From Eledone cirrhosa (Eukaryota), in contig OZ024743.1 in the NCBI GenBank assembly GCA_964016885.1, positions 369,830,001 through 369,894,000 on the forward strand: a stretch of DNA of 64,000 bases. The letters are read 5' to 3'. The stretch's first letter is position 1; every line of letters starts with the position of its first letter. The position numbers were made by a program, and so were the translations under genes. Shown in pieces: positions 62,484 through 64,000 of this stretch. The notes below the pieces were generated by a model that saw nothing but the letters and a program-made list of their open reading frames with translations, had not been told where the DNA came from and made no database searches.

Positions 62484-62599
62484 ATTATATATTTATAATG
62501 TTATACTGAAAATGAAAAGAAGAATATAGTCCCCACAAGCTAGCTTGTCAACATACATACTATAGTGCAAAAAAACAAACAAAATATATTCATTAAAAT

Positions 62600-62905
62600 A
62601 TCATCATCATCATCTTACATTTGCTTTTCCATGCTTGCATGGGTTGGATGGGTCCCTTTCAACACAGTATATCTCCACTCATTGCAATCCTTTGTTATCT
62701 TTTCTGTGAGCTTCAATGATTTGAGATTAGCTCTCACTACTTCCGCCCAGGTCATCCTTGGTCTTCCTCTACTGCAGCTTCCTACCATTGAGATTTCCTG
62801 GCACTTCTTCACCCAGCGATCATCATCCATGCACATCCGTACCAGTGCAGTCTTCTCTTCTGCACACATCTAATTCCTCTTATACTCAGTTACTCTCTCA
62901 GTTTA
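62600..62905 (-). mobile_element. RTE LINE 3' fragment
   Basis: MDDDRWVKKC..GRPRMTWAEVV; (GAT)n tail. Confidence 0.8.
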
Positions 62906-62914
62906 TCTATGCTA

Positions 62915-63220
62915 CACCAGGGTACATGGTGACTATGGTTTTGACTCATGAAGTGAAGAGCAAGTGAGGCTCCTGAAAGTCTGTGGTGCAAATGAGCTAA
63001 CCATTTGCAACAATAATTTCAGGAAACCAGCCACCTACTTATCTGGCAAACACGTAAGTGAGATTGACTTCTTACTTTTTAGATGGTGAGATAGATGGAC
63101 AATATAGATAGATGGTTATGAATATTAAGTCATTCCTGGGGAAAAATACATTGCTCAACATAAGTTAGCACTTCCTCTTCATTTCATGAGTCATAACCAT
63201 AGCCACCATGTACCCTGGTG
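62915..63220. mobile_element. MITE with about 52-bp TIRs and TA flanks (Tc1/mariner-like)
   Basis: CACCAGGGTACATGGTG.CTATGGTT.TGACTCATGAA.TGAAGAG.AAGTG at 62915-62966 is inverted at 63169-63220. Confidence 0.75.
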
Positions 63221-63224
63221 TAGC

Positions 63225-63445
63225 CATCCCAGTGCTGTCCTAGAAACGATCTGTTTCTTCTATACTCAGTCCTGCTTGTGGTGCATAGGTAGAGATAACT
63301 GTCATCATTCTGTTATCTATGACTGTTCTGAGCTTGATAATTCTGTCACTACCTCTACCTCAATTACGTTATCTATCTTCTTCTCAGCTAGTAGTATGTC
63401 TACTCTACCTACCTCATCAACATTTTTTACACAGAAGAGCTTGTA
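63225..63445 (-). mobile_element. RTE endonuclease fragment
   Basis: VGRVDILLAEKKIDNVIEV and AYAPQAGL-like segments. Confidence 0.65.
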
Positions 63446-63849
63446 AATATATATAAGTACACAATACTTGACATGAAAGTACACACACGCATGTAGCCTA
63501 AACACAAGAGTTAATACAAAGAAATTTGCTTCAATTAGATTATACTTATGGTATTTGATGTCATCTTCCTGCTTTTCACGGACACAATACTTGAAAGTGG
63601 TTTCTAAATTTTAAATTTAAATCAAACTTCAAAGCCACAAGACCAGAACATTTTGCTCTGAGAGTTCCTAATACTCTGAGGAAGGGATTTTTAAGGCCTG
63701 AAATATTAGTCCAAAAATAAAAATAAAATAATAATAATAAATACCATGTAACAAATTTTTTCAGTGCTTTTACTGTTCATTTCGCATTGCCTTAACCTAC
63801 TTAAACATATCATTTTCTACATTATAGACATATATATATATACATACAT

Positions 63850-64000
63850 ACCTGAAAACTTCAGGTATGGTGGGCCACACCATAGTCTCCCACATTGTAA
63901 TCCAAGTCGTACAAAATGGTGTCATACCCAATGACTGGTGTAGTAGCATCATCATAAACTGCTACAAGGGCAAAGAAGATGCCCTAGATAGAGAAAACTA
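63850..64000 (+). mobile_element. RTE RT-region fragment, cut by window edge
   Basis: GVIPNDWCSSIIINCYKGKEDALDRENY matches 31175-31325. Confidence 0.8.

Noticed and set aside
55789-64000. Next exon of the cNMP-domain gene
   Set aside because: I could not find a phase-1 exon encoding an FGE-type motif with credible splice sites; it probably lies beyond the window.

Overview
Eukaryotic, repeat-saturated DNA, most likely an animal. The SINE and RTE families resemble those I associate with octopus/coleoid genomes, but that is recognition, not a database result. Only two host exons are supportable (35211-35298 and 55649-55788, + strand). They splice in phase to give part of a cyclic-nucleotide-binding domain, so most of the window is probably giant introns. 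The window holds a head-to-tail array of Tx1-clade LINEs joined by (TAT)n, three Helitrons (two with decayed Rep/Helicase ORFs), a Gypsy LTR element nested in a Tx1 3'UTR, RTE and R4/Dong-type LINEs, a Buster-type hAT, a solo LTR, a MITE and about ten copies of one tRNA-derived SINE. The most interesting signals are: (i) the Tx1 LINE and the SINE share a 3'-terminal motif and an ATTAT target, suggesting a (TAT)n-targeted LINE/SINE partnership; (ii) a candidate minimal hammerhead ribozyme; (iii) a conserved HDV-like pseudoknot at RTE-like 5' ends; (iv) a multi-template-switch junction at a Tx1 5' truncation.
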